The notes under the pieces were generated by a model, which saw nothing but the letters and a program-made list of their open reading frames with translations, was not told the DNA's origin and did not search any database. 64,000 nt of DNA. Origin: Chloroflexota bacterium. GTDB taxonomy: Bacteria > Chloroflexota > UBA4733. The position numbers were made by a program, and so were the translations under genes. Shown in pieces: positions 22,515 to 30,751 of this stretch (position 1 is the stretch's first letter; each line of letters opens with the position of its first letter). The stretch covers positions 70,981 to 134,980 of the forward strand of contig DAIMXP010000002.1 of assembly GCA_036734945.1 (NCBI GenBank), in the 5' to 3' direction.

Positions 22515-22594
22515 GGAACGCAAGGAATCTTTTGCGATTGTAGACCGTTCGCAAACGCAACTTTGCGCCCGCTTGCCGTATAGTCCCTGCAGTC
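22515..22594 (+). promoter_or_regulatory. conserved upstream element U1 of the peptide cassettes (operator/promoter candidate)
   Basis: About 80 bp, near-identical to 25938..26017. Contains the palindrome TTTGCGA-N11-TCGCAAA (22531-22555), then TTGCGCC-N7-CGTATAGT. Ends 46 bp before the MauE-like start. Confidence 0.5.
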
Positions 22595-22640
22595 CTTCAC
22601 ACTCTTGCTGGGCACCGTGGAGTTGCGGTGGAGAGAAGCC

Positions 22641-23219
22641 ATGGCATCGAATACCGTCGCGCAGGTGCAACTGGTGCTGCGGCTGACGCTGGGTTTAATC
22701 TTCCTGGCCTCCGCGCTGGCGAAGTTACGTCATCCAACGCTCTTCGTGCGCGGCGTGCTGGACTATCAGGTGCTGTCAACACCGTTGGCGGGGGCGTACG
22801 GGCGGCTGCTGCCGTTCATCGAACTTGGGACGGCACTACTACTGTTCAGTGGCTTTCTTCTGTTGATCGCCATCGGGCTTTCGATACTGATCCTCCTCAG
22901 CTTTGCTATCGCCATCGTGGTAGTCCTGACGCACGGGCGGCAGTTGCGCTGTCACTGCTTCGGTGAGGCTTCCACCGGATATGTCGGCTGGCATACCCTT
23001 GGTCGAGATGTGCTGCTCTTGCTCGTTGCCCTGTGCCTACTGGTCCTGGTGCACCTAACAGGTGGAAGCGCCCCCGGTTGGCTGAGTACTGACTTTGGCT
23101 GGGACGCTGTTGCGTTTGCCACTGCAGCGCTCATTGCGCTCACCTATGAACTGATCGCGCAGGGACTTGATGTGCTCATGAGCTTGCGGCATCCGCGGGC
23201 CATTGGGGAGCGGTGGTAG
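22641..23219 (+). CDS. MauE/DoxX-family redox-associated membrane protein (cassette A)
   Basis: Multi-TM protein. LRLTLGLIFLASALAKLRHPTLFVRGVLDYQVL ... RCHCFGE is the MauE-type pattern. ATG at 22641 follows GGAGAG. Confidence 0.8.
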   Translation: MASNTVAQVQLVLRLTLGLIFLASALAKLRHPTLFVRGVLDYQVLSTPLAGAYGRLLPFIELGTALLLFSGFLLLIAIGLSILILLSFAIAIVVVLTHGRQLRCHCFGEASTGYVGWHTLGRDVLLLLVALCLLVLVHLTGGSAPGWLSTDFGWDAVAFATAALIALTYELIAQGLDVLMSLRHPRAIGERW

Positions 23220-23237
23220 CAGGAACAAGAGGATGGA

Positions 23238-23867
23238 ATGGGTGCCGAAATGTGGTGGCATGTGGCTACGATTATCGCCTTGGTCCTGGCGGCGGCCGAG
23301 GCCATCTTACTGCTCGGTTTGACGCGGGTGGTAGCGCCGCTTGTGACAGGATCTGGTCCACGGCAATCGGCCGAACGCGGGGTGGCCGTGGGGACAATAA
23401 TGCCGGCAATGCGGTTGCCGGCGGCGGATGATGGGTGCCTGCAACCCGTGATCGGAGACGGCATCGATCGTGTCGTGCTTTTCATTTCACCGTCCTGCCA
23501 CGTATGTACCACCGTGCTACCAACGCTGCAGCCAGCAATTACACAGAGTGGTCGCCGTTGGGAGGTCGTCGCGGTAGTTTGCGGTCCACGAGCGGCTGCT
23601 GAGGAATACGCGCGCGCTATCGATCCACGAATACGCACCTTGCTTGATCCAGACAGCGCGGTCGAATCAGCCTTCGCGACCGGTCGCGCCTACCCCTTTG
23701 CCTTTGCCGTCAGCAGCGAGGGGATTGTTCGCGCCCGAGGTGTGGGAGGAAGTTGGGAAAGGCTGAATCACCTCGTGGCTGAGGGCGCAGGTGCTGGAAG
23801 ATTTACATCCGAGGCCGTGATAACCAGCGTCGTGGCGGCGGATCGGTCCGTTGTCACTCGTGGTTAG
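23238..23867 (+). CDS. membrane-anchored thioredoxin-like protein, divergent MauD-like (cassette A)
   Basis: N-terminal TM helix (WWHVATIIALVLAAAEAILLLGL) followed by VVLFISPSCHVCTTVLPTL (CxxC on a thioredoxin-like fold). Confidence 0.65.
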   Translation: MGAEMWWHVATIIALVLAAAEAILLLGLTRVVAPLVTGSGPRQSAERGVAVGTIMPAMRLPAADDGCLQPVIGDGIDRVVLFISPSCHVCTTVLPTLQPAITQSGRRWEVVAVVCGPRAAAEEYARAIDPRIRTLLDPDSAVESAFATGRAYPFAFAVSSEGIVRARGVGGSWERLNHLVAEGAGAGRFTSEAVITSVVAADRSVVTRG

Positions 23868-23896
23868 GTGCAAAGGACAAGAAAGGAAGTTGGGCC

Positions 23897-24169
23897 ATGA
23901 CTGATCTCAGTGGACGTTCGGCGATTTGGATAGGAGAGCAACTGAATCGGCGCGGGTTTGTCGGCCGCTTGGGCCGGGCAGCGACGCTAGCGACGTTTGT
24001 GGCGGCTGGTTTGGCGCTGGTGGCACCGGAGATTGCCAGTGCGGACTTACCCTGTTGCTCTAGCTGCTTGGTGTCGTGCTGTGATTCCATGTCCTGTTAT
24101 TGTTGCTCCTATAACACGGGGCAGTGCCCCAACGCTTCGTGCTCCGGCACGTGTAATCCTACCTGCTAG
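23897..24169 (+). CDS. Tat-signal cysteine-rich precursor P1 (49-aa leader + 41-aa core, 12 Cys)
   Basis: NRRGFVGRLGRAATLATFVAAGLALVAPEIASA | DLPCCSSCLVSCCDSMSCYCCSYNTGQCPNASCSGTCNPTC. RR motif, hydrophobic region and AxA cleavage site. Confidence 0.8.
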   Translation: MTDLSGRSAIWIGEQLNRRGFVGRLGRAATLATFVAAGLALVAPEIASADLPCCSSCLVSCCDSMSCYCCSYNTGQCPNASCSGTCNPTC

Positions 24170-24198
24170 CCGGGCGCGCATCCGCTAGGATACGTCCA

Positions 24199-25686
24199 AT
24201 GGAGGGATCGTTAACGACACGCCGAGCCGTCCTGGGTGTGCTTGCGGGCGGGATCGCGGTGGCGCTAAGTAGCTGTGCTGCCCCAATGCCGTCCCTCCCA
24301 TTCCGTCCGACGCCGCTTCCGACCCGAGTCACCGTTGTGGTCGGTGACGCCTACGTACACGCCACCGGTGATCCAGCGCACCGCGAGACGCAGGTCATTA
24401 ACCTAGACGACTCAGTGCCCAAATGGGTGACAGCGGCCGAGGAGATGCTGCGTGGACGGGTAGCGATGACCGTTCAGACCGCCGACCTTCTCCATGCTAC
24501 CTTCTGGCAGGAAATTACTGCCGGGGGCGTGACAATGGAGCAGCGACTGTATCTCACTAGCCACGCCATGCTCTGGCGTTTGCGTGCCGGGGGCCTCGTC
24601 GCGGACGTACATGGGCAGATGGCACAAGACAAGGGCCTGGCGGGAGGGCGCCTCCATCCAGATGCGGTCGCCGCGCTACAATGGCAAGGACAGCAAGCGG
24701 GACTGCCGGTGGCACTCTGGCCGATGCTGGCGGCAACGGATGCGCGGCTGCCGGCGCCACCAGTTGATTGGACGTGGGAGGATGCCGCCAGACTTCCTGC
24801 GGGCGCCGGGTGGCCGGTGCAGCTCATGCCCAATGCTCCACCACTGGAGGCGTGGCTCTGGTCCCATCAGGCTGACCTCGCCACAGCGGATGGGTCCAAG
24901 CTGTTGATTAACGAGTCAACGGGAATAGCCGCGCTCGCCGCCTACGCGCGAGCGTTCGGGCCGACTGGGGCCTTGAGTCCATTGCCTGGTGGCACAACGC
25001 CGTTCGGCGCAATGCCTCAGGTGATTCAGGCTTGGACAGCGCAGGCAGTGGCCATGCGGGACCGACAGATACAGAACCGGCAGGTCGTCGCGTGGTTCCC
25101 CGCTGATGAGTGGCCGCCCACTACCACCGGCGCGCATCGTTGGCAGGATGCCGTTGGCTCGCTGCGTCGTCTTGCCTCACCGGGCGCGACACAGTCTGGC
25201 CTGCCCATGGTCGTATACGGGCTGGGCATCCCTAACGCTGCCCCCAAGCCCGATCTCGTGTATCAGGTGGCACGGGCATTGCAAGATGCGGCGCCCAAGT
25301 TCCTTGCGTACTCGCCGTTCAGGCTCGACCAGGGTGCGGACGGGCTGCGACGCCAATGGGGCCAACTCGATATAGACCAGGCGGCGATGCTGGCGCAGCT
25401 CCTCACGCTTCACCTTCGCCCGGTCTGGGGAGTTCCCCGTCCGCCGTTTGCCTTGGGTAACTGGCCGCTGGGCGATCCGTCCACGATCACCGATGCCATG
25501 CAGTTCACCGGCACAGGACCGACTGGCATGCTTTCCAACCAGGCAGAAACCTCTGCCATGTTCGACGCGCTGACCAAGAGCGTGAGCCTGGTAACGGCGC
25601 TCCGCATTCTGGCACCGGGAGCTACTGCTGCCAATGCTGGGCATCTGCTCTCCGTCATCTTCAGGCTCATGGCGCAGCCGGCTTGA
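24199..25686 (+). CDS. orphan solute-binding-protein-like lipoprotein L1 (cassette A)
   Basis: TTRRAVLGVLAGGIAVALSSC (RR plus lipobox). The central region loosely resembles ABC family-1 SBPs and the paralogue at 38984..40450. No permease or ATPase is nearby. Confidence 0.6.
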   Translation: MEGSLTTRRAVLGVLAGGIAVALSSCAAPMPSLPFRPTPLPTRVTVVVGDAYVHATGDPAHRETQVINLDDSVPKWVTAAEEMLRGRVAMTVQTADLLHATFWQEITAGGVTMEQRLYLTSHAMLWRLRAGGLVADVHGQMAQDKGLAGGRLHPDAVAALQWQGQQAGLPVALWPMLAATDARLPAPPVDWTWEDAARLPAGAGWPVQLMPNAPPLEAWLWSHQADLATADGSKLLINESTGIAALAAYARAFGPTGALSPLPGGTTPFGAMPQVIQAWTAQAVAMRDRQIQNRQVVAWFPADEWPPTTTGAHRWQDAVGSLRRLASPGATQSGLPMVVYGLGIPNAAPKPDLVYQVARALQDAAPKFLAYSPFRLDQGADGLRRQWGQLDIDQAAMLAQLLTLHLRPVWGVPRPPFALGNWPLGDPSTITDAMQFTGTGPTGMLSNQAETSAMFDALTKSVSLVTALRILAPGATAANAGHLLSVIFRLMAQPA

Positions 25687-25937
25687 GGTAGGTACTGGGA
25701 AGTGGAACGTTTTGCATCCCCCGCCTGAGGCACGCCATAGCAGCAGGGATAGGAGGTCACCGCCAGGCTACATACGTCGATTCGACCAGGTAGGCTACCA
25801 CGCTTGCTAGCCGGATGTTGACAGTGCGTCCCTACGGTGCGCAACTGCAGCGCTTGCAAGGGGATGCGCCAGAGCAACTGGTGCTCTTTTTCCACGACAG
25901 CCACGGCTATTGGGTCGCCCTGGGACCACCAGCCGTT

Positions 25938-26017
25938 GGAATGCAAGGAATCTTTTGCGATTGTAGACCGATCGCAAACACAAATTTGCACCAACTTGTC
26001 GTAGTGTGGTTGCAGTC
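25938..26017 (+). promoter_or_regulatory. conserved upstream element U2
   Basis: GGAATGCAAGGAATCTTTTGCGATTGTAGACCGATCGCAAACACAAATTTGCACCAACTTGTCGTAGTGTGGTTGCAGTC. Near-identical to U1 and ends 25 bp before the MauD-like start. Confidence 0.5.
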
Positions 26018-26042
26018 TTGGCTCCGTAGCAGAAGGCCCCAG

Positions 26043-26600
26043 ATGACTGGAATTTGGCTCACCGCATTCGTGGCCCTCTGGCTAGTCGTGCTGCTTCTCG
26101 TAGCCATCGTGATCGGGGTGCTTCGCCACATCGGTATTCTCTATGGTCAGATGGTCCGTTCTTCGGGACCTCCAACAGAGTTGCGTATCGGGCAGTTGCT
26201 GCCAGACCTGAATTTACTGACGTCCAATGAGACAACAATGACCATCGGCCAATTCGCAGGAAGAATCTCAGATGTCGTTTTGATTAGTCCCGGATGCACC
26301 GAGTGCGAAAGGCTACTGGATCTCTTGGTAGAGGGCGATGTAGCCGGAGATCCAGCGGATAGACGAGTGATCATCAGCATAGGAGATATGCTGGCGACAC
26401 GCGAGATCCTGCAGAGTCATCAGGTTAGTCTGGATGATACAGTCTTGATCGATACAGGGGACAAGATTAGAAGGTTGTGGGGAGCCCACACAACGCCCGT
26501 GACAATTGTGGTTGACGAGCATTTAATGGTGGTGAGACAGGTCGTAGGTGTGGTCGATTCTCGGCACCTTCTACCTTTACCACAGCAGATTTGTGTTTAA
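26043..26600 (+). CDS. MauD-like membrane-anchored thioredoxin (cassette B)
   Basis: MTGIWLTAFVALWLVVLLLVAIVIGVLRHIGILYGQ ... VVLISPGCTEC. Same architecture as the copies at 31041 and 37721. Confidence 0.8.
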   Translation: MTGIWLTAFVALWLVVLLLVAIVIGVLRHIGILYGQMVRSSGPPTELRIGQLLPDLNLLTSNETTMTIGQFAGRISDVVLISPGCTECERLLDLLVEGDVAGDPADRRVIISIGDMLATREILQSHQVSLDDTVLIDTGDKIRRLWGAHTTPVTIVVDEHLMVVRQVVGVVDSRHLLPLPQQICV

Positions 26601-26679
26601 GAATCTTGTAGAAACTGGGATTTAGGCGAAGCTACGCTCTATATCTGTAACTGGGCGATAGAGAGAGGATCGTGGAGCC

Positions 26680-27096
26680 ATGCCAGGAGCACCGTCGGTC
26701 AATGTGCGGCCGTTGTCGCCAAAGCGGGACATTCCCGGTATCCTCTGGTCTTATACGCCGACATTGGGCGACGTTGGTGACGAGGCGTACTTGGGGCGCA
26801 TCGTAGTGGAGGTTACCGATGACGCAGAAAGGGTCGTGTTTATCGGTGTGAATGAGTCGATCGCTCGGCGGGCTGCAGCAGCCCTACAAGGAGGACATTC
26901 GTTTCCGCGGTCGGCCACCATTTGGCCGACAGTACCGATTACCGGAGCGGTACCCTCCGGGCAAATATATCGAGGGAGGGTGATTCTGGAATTCTGGAGT
27001 TCTACTATGAACATCGCGGTCTCAGAACTCGGCGGAAGAGCCGCCGAGTTGGTACTGCGCGCAGGCAAGGTGCTGGAGTCCTTCCCGGCTGCGTAG
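26680..27096 (+). CDS. uncharacterised cytoplasmic protein, cassette-specific family X (copy 1)
   Basis: 138 aa, with no signal peptide or TM segment. Shares YLGRIVVEV...IWP...YRGRVILEFW with 31699..32145 and 33757..34200. Confidence 0.7.
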   Translation: MPGAPSVNVRPLSPKRDIPGILWSYTPTLGDVGDEAYLGRIVVEVTDDAERVVFIGVNESIARRAAAALQGGHSFPRSATIWPTVPITGAVPSGQIYRGRVILEFWSSTMNIAVSELGGRAAELVLRAGKVLESFPAA

Positions 27097-27260
27097 TACT
27101 GGATGGGTAGACACCGACGTGAGTCGTTGCGTGGCCGGTGCATGCGCAACCGATGCGGTGGTACCTGTGTGCCGTATCTGTTTGGCGAATGCGGCAGTAA
27201 GAAAGCGTGGCAAGAGTGAGCGGCCTGGCATTGGGCGGTGGCAGGATCGGAGGAACTTCG

Positions 27261-27620
27261 ATGAACGAGAAGCTGACTGTGCTGGATCGACTGACGAGGT
27301 CTGCGGCATTACGGCTGTCACGTCGTCGTCTTGGTGGGAAAGTGCTGACAGCTGGTCTCCTTGCAGCGCTCGTACAGTTATTCGGGTTGGGTGTGCTGCC
27401 TGCCTATGCCATCACCTGCTGCGGTGATCCCTATTGCAAAGACTGCAGTGTGACATGCAGTGGCTGTGCGTGCGGCGGCACGTATAGCGGCGTGGTTTGT
27501 AGTCCAAACGGGCTGTACTGTGCGGATGACACTTGTCCCGATTGCTACGGTTATCTCTATAAGTGCTGTGCTTACGCGTGTAATAGCGGCTGCACAGGCG
27601 GATATTTGTCGGTATGCTGA
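27261..27620 (+). CDS. Tat-signal cysteine-rich precursor P2 (50-aa leader + 69-aa core, 16 Cys)
   Basis: ATG follows GGAGG. MNEKLTVLDRLTRSAALRLSRRRLGGKVLTAGLLAALVQLFGLGVLPAYA | ITCCGDPYCKDCSVTCSGCACGG...CSPNGLYCADDTCPDC...LSVC. Confidence 0.8.
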   Translation: MNEKLTVLDRLTRSAALRLSRRRLGGKVLTAGLLAALVQLFGLGVLPAYAITCCGDPYCKDCSVTCSGCACGGTYSGVVCSPNGLYCADDTCPDCYGYLYKCCAYACNSGCTGGYLSVC

Positions 27621-27868
27621 AGATGGTCCGTGGAAGGAACGGGATGTCGCGCCGATGGTGATCGGCAGCGCCGCCATGAGTGGCATGAGCAACTGCTCCA
27701 TCTGATCTTGGGCTGTTGTCACACTGGTGCTGTATGCTCCACATGCCCCCGTACAGGAGCCTTTGGAGATATCGTGGTGAGAAGAAGCATGAAGATTTCC
27801 GGTAGGTTTTCTAGAACGTCTCAACCGGGTAGTTGCCGAAGTGCCTATGTCGTTATGGCGTCTATATA

Positions 27869-28225
27869 ATGGCAATATTCTTCCTAATCAGCCATCTAAT
27901 TAGTGGGATATTATTTCTGGAAGCTGCAGACGAAGCCACAGTCGCGGCTTCGTTGACTACTGCGACAATGTCAGCCACGACAACGTCCGCCCAGGTTGCA
28001 AATGTCTATCATTGTTATGTATCATCCTATGCGTATTCACCAGGGGAAGCGGAAAATTTTCCTCCTCAATGGAGAGGGCAGCCGCCTGTGAGTATCGATC
28101 ATGAGCACACTGTTGTATCTTCCTACTACGTTTTGCCTCTGCCATCGACCAGCGAGTGTGTCTGGAGAGATTCGCGGGGCGCACATGTCCAGTTGAGACA
28201 GCTTCGGGAGGCTCCTGGAGACTAA
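27869..28225 (+). CDS. hypothetical small protein with N-terminal hydrophobic segment (weak call)
   Basis: MAIFFLISHLISGILFLEAADE... lies in a visibly AT-richer stretch. No recognisable family, and a competing minus-strand ORF exists. Confidence 0.25.
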   Translation: MAIFFLISHLISGILFLEAADEATVAASLTTATMSATTTSAQVANVYHCYVSSYAYSPGEAENFPPQWRGQPPVSIDHEHTVVSSYYVLPLPSTSECVWRDSRGAHVQLRQLREAPGD

Positions 28226-28434
28226 TACTCGTTGCTGCTGCGAAATGAACGTGGCCTGCGACGATATACTTGAGATTGCTGGCTATGAGTCCCCAGCCGA
28301 CATGAGGAAAAAACGCCAGGGCTGCAATCGTTGCATTCGCGGAAGGAGCGTCGGCAAGGTTAGAGCATGCCACGTGAACGTGTTCACGCGCGGTTTGCGC
28401 AGCCTGCCGGCGCCGGATCCGACATGGAGGCGTG

Positions 28435-29931
28435 TTACGCCGGCGGTACTGTACCTTTCACGAACTCGGTCGGGCTCAGGATGGTGCGATCTTCCGGCGT
28501 TGTCTTCGCGCACATCTCTCGTCCACGGCGCTTGAGTTCCTCGACGACATCTTGACGCGCCTTCCAAGGCAGCAGCTCCAATTGGCGCTGGAAGAGGCTG
28601 ACGCCGTGGACGAGAAACGCCACGGAGATTTCGGGGTCCAGCAGCCGCCAGGGAACGTCGCGGAGGATCGTCTGCACGTCCTGCAGCCCCGCCTCCCGGA
28701 AGCACTGCGCCGTCTCGCCGGGCACTGGGAGACGTCCGGGGAGGAGCGGCGGCGAGCCGCCCTTGCTATGCTGCCGGGCGAGGTCCAAGATCGGAGCGAA
28801 CCACTCCCGGCACCAGGGCTGATCGAGGGAGAATTGGCATGCTGACCACACCGCAACAGCACCACCGGACTTCGTCACACGCCGCATCTCCGTCAGCGCT
28901 CGCGGCGCCTCCGTGAGGTGGAGGAAGGACGTGCCCACGGTAGCAGCGAAGGCGCCGTCGCGGAACATGGGCAAGTGCTCGGCCGCTGCCCGGGTGAAGG
29001 TGACGTTACGGGCGTGCCGCTGCTTGGCCTTCGCCTTTGCCCGCTCCAGCATGCCGGGGGCGGGGTCTGTGGCGACGATCGAGCCGGTCGGTCCGATGGC
29101 CTCCCACAGCCCGCCCTCGAAGGTCTGGGTGGCCATGCCGCAGCCTACCTCCAGCACCTTGCCGCCGATGGGCAGCGACGCGAAGGCGGTAAATGCCTTG
29201 CGGCCTTCCAGGGCATCCGGCACCATTTGGGCGACCCGGGTGTCCCAATCCGCGAAGAGGTTGAACTGAGACAGGTAGATCAGCTGGAGCCGCCGCTCCA
29301 GGTAGCCGGAGGACTCCAGGACCTGACGCACCTCGTGGTAGTGCGCCTCGCCGAACGTGGTCTGCACCACTACCCGCCGCCCATCTCGCACCTCCATGGC
29401 GAGGAGGCCGGCGGCGATGCCGCCCAACAGTTCATCGTTGAGGGCATAGCCGACCCAGGGGCGGTGCAGTTTGCCGCGTACGAAGTCCTCTTCGGCGATA
29501 GCCCCGTAGTGGCGGACGGCGGTGTGGTTCTCGGCGAAGGTGACGACGCCGTAGACCCGCACCAGGGCCCCGAAGCCGCGCGCGGCGACGAAGCGGCGCA
29601 CGCGGGCGATCGCCATGGCTGCGAGGTCGGGACTGACGCGGATGCGCCCGAGTGTCTCGTGCGCGGCGGCTGCGGCCGTGGAGACGAGCGTCTCGTGGGC
29701 AGCCGTCCGCCCCATACGGATGGGGGCGGGGTAGCCGTCGAGAACCTGAGTGCGCAGGGGCTCCTTCCAGTGATCGACAGCGAGTTGGGCCGCCTCCTGA
29801 GCGAGCTGGTCCTGGCTGTCGAAGGCGATATATTCCTGTTCCAGCCCGGCGAGCCAGGGATCCACAATCAGGCCGTCCGCCAGGAAGGCGCGCAGGTCGT
29901 CCTCCAGGCCGACCAAGAGCGGCGGCGGCAT
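28435..29931 (-). CDS. class I SAM-dependent methyltransferase with ~250-aa N-terminal domain of unknown function
   Basis: I chose the start MPPPLL at 29931, preceded by AGGAGG. Motif I is VLEVGCGMA, with DPAPGMLERA downstream. It is the only minus-strand gene inside the cassette array. Confidence 0.8.
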   Translation of the reverse strand: MPPPLLVGLEDDLRAFLADGLIVDPWLAGLEQEYIAFDSQDQLAQEAAQLAVDHWKEPLRTQVLDGYPAPIRMGRTAAHETLVSTAAAAAHETLGRIRVSPDLAAMAIARVRRFVAARGFGALVRVYGVVTFAENHTAVRHYGAIAEEDFVRGKLHRPWVGYALNDELLGGIAAGLLAMEVRDGRRVVVQTTFGEAHYHEVRQVLESSGYLERRLQLIYLSQFNLFADWDTRVAQMVPDALEGRKAFTAFASLPIGGKVLEVGCGMATQTFEGGLWEAIGPTGSIVATDPAPGMLERAKAKAKQRHARNVTFTRAAAEHLPMFRDGAFAATVGTSFLHLTEAPRALTEMRRVTKSGGAVAVWSACQFSLDQPWCREWFAPILDLARQHSKGGSPPLLPGRLPVPGETAQCFREAGLQDVQTILRDVPWRLLDPEISVAFLVHGVSLFQRQLELLPWKARQDVVEELKRRGREMCAKTTPEDRTILSPTEFVKGTVPPA

Positions 29932-29980
29932 CAGGCACTCCTTCCTCCTGGGGAAGACGTGGGCGGACGCTCCCCGATTA

Positions 29981-30721
29981 TTGCGAGTGTATGCTATCCT
30001 CGTTGGCAAACCTCGGGGCCGGCGGCGCCACTCCCTCACGCAAAGCCGGTTCTTGCTCACCACGAGTCGGCACTTCCGGTCGCTCCTAGATGAGATCCTC
30101 CTGCAGTACGACCTCACGGCGACGTCGGCCACGTTGCGGGCGGCGCTGGAAGACCGGGAGCAGCCGGTCGTGCTCCTGCACGTCGAGCGCTGGGATACGG
30201 AGGCGGCGGGCCTCGTTGGGCGTCTGCTGGAGAGCACACCGCACGTCTACGTCATCTGTCCGCAGGCGGCCGATCTGCGCGTCGTCATCACCGTCTTGAA
30301 GACCGCCGCCGCCGATGCAACCGCTGACACCCCGCTGGCATAGCATGCCCTCGCGCTCAAGATTCGGCGGGTCGTGCGGGAACCGGAGCCCTGGCAGTGG
30401 CAGCTTGGTAGCCGCCGCTTCGTCCCGGCGGAAGGCCGTCTGTACGATCAGGGAAAGCGTATTGCGTTGACGGCAGCGGAGGTGCGGCTGCTCCGGCGGC
30501 TCTGCCTGGTCAGCGGAACGGAACCGCCCGGACGGTTGACGGTGGAGCAACTGGCATGGGAATTGGGCGGTAAGGCGACCAGCCGCGTGTCTTCGGCCCG
30601 CAACTACATCACGCAATTGCGGCGCAAGCTGGGCGATGATCCCAAAAAGCCGGTGATTCTCCGGCGCGACCGGGACGGGTATTGGGTCATCCTCGGCCTC
30701 CTCCCGGAACCATTGCATTGA
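29981..30721 (+). pseudogene. OmpR-type regulator with pseudo-receiver domain, interrupted by in-frame TAG (30341-30343)
   Basis: ORFs 29981..30343 and 30374..30721 share one frame. The read-through junction is ...ADTPLA*HALALKIRRVVRE, which falls in the receiver-output linker. The receiver lacks the acidic pocket and the phospho-Asp (FLLTTS, VLLHV). The output domain is LTAAEVRLLRRL...ITQLRRKLGDD...RDGYWVI. Confidence 0.6.
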
Positions 30722-30751
30722 CAGCACCGGGCCACCCCAACGCAACCCCCA

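Noticed and set aside
22641-24169. Genuine methylamine dehydrogenase (mau) operon
   Set aside because: No MauB-like large subunit, MauG di-heme peroxidase, amicyanin or MauF/J/L/M/N-like ORFs are visible in the window. The small Cys-rich proteins are much shorter than MauA and lack the two Trp residues needed for TTQ.
30341-30343. TAG in the OmpR-type regulator as programmed read-through or pyrrolysine
   Set aside because: There are no pyl genes or other hints in the window. The codon lies in a linker of an already degenerate receiver. A pseudogene or a split gene is more parsimonious.
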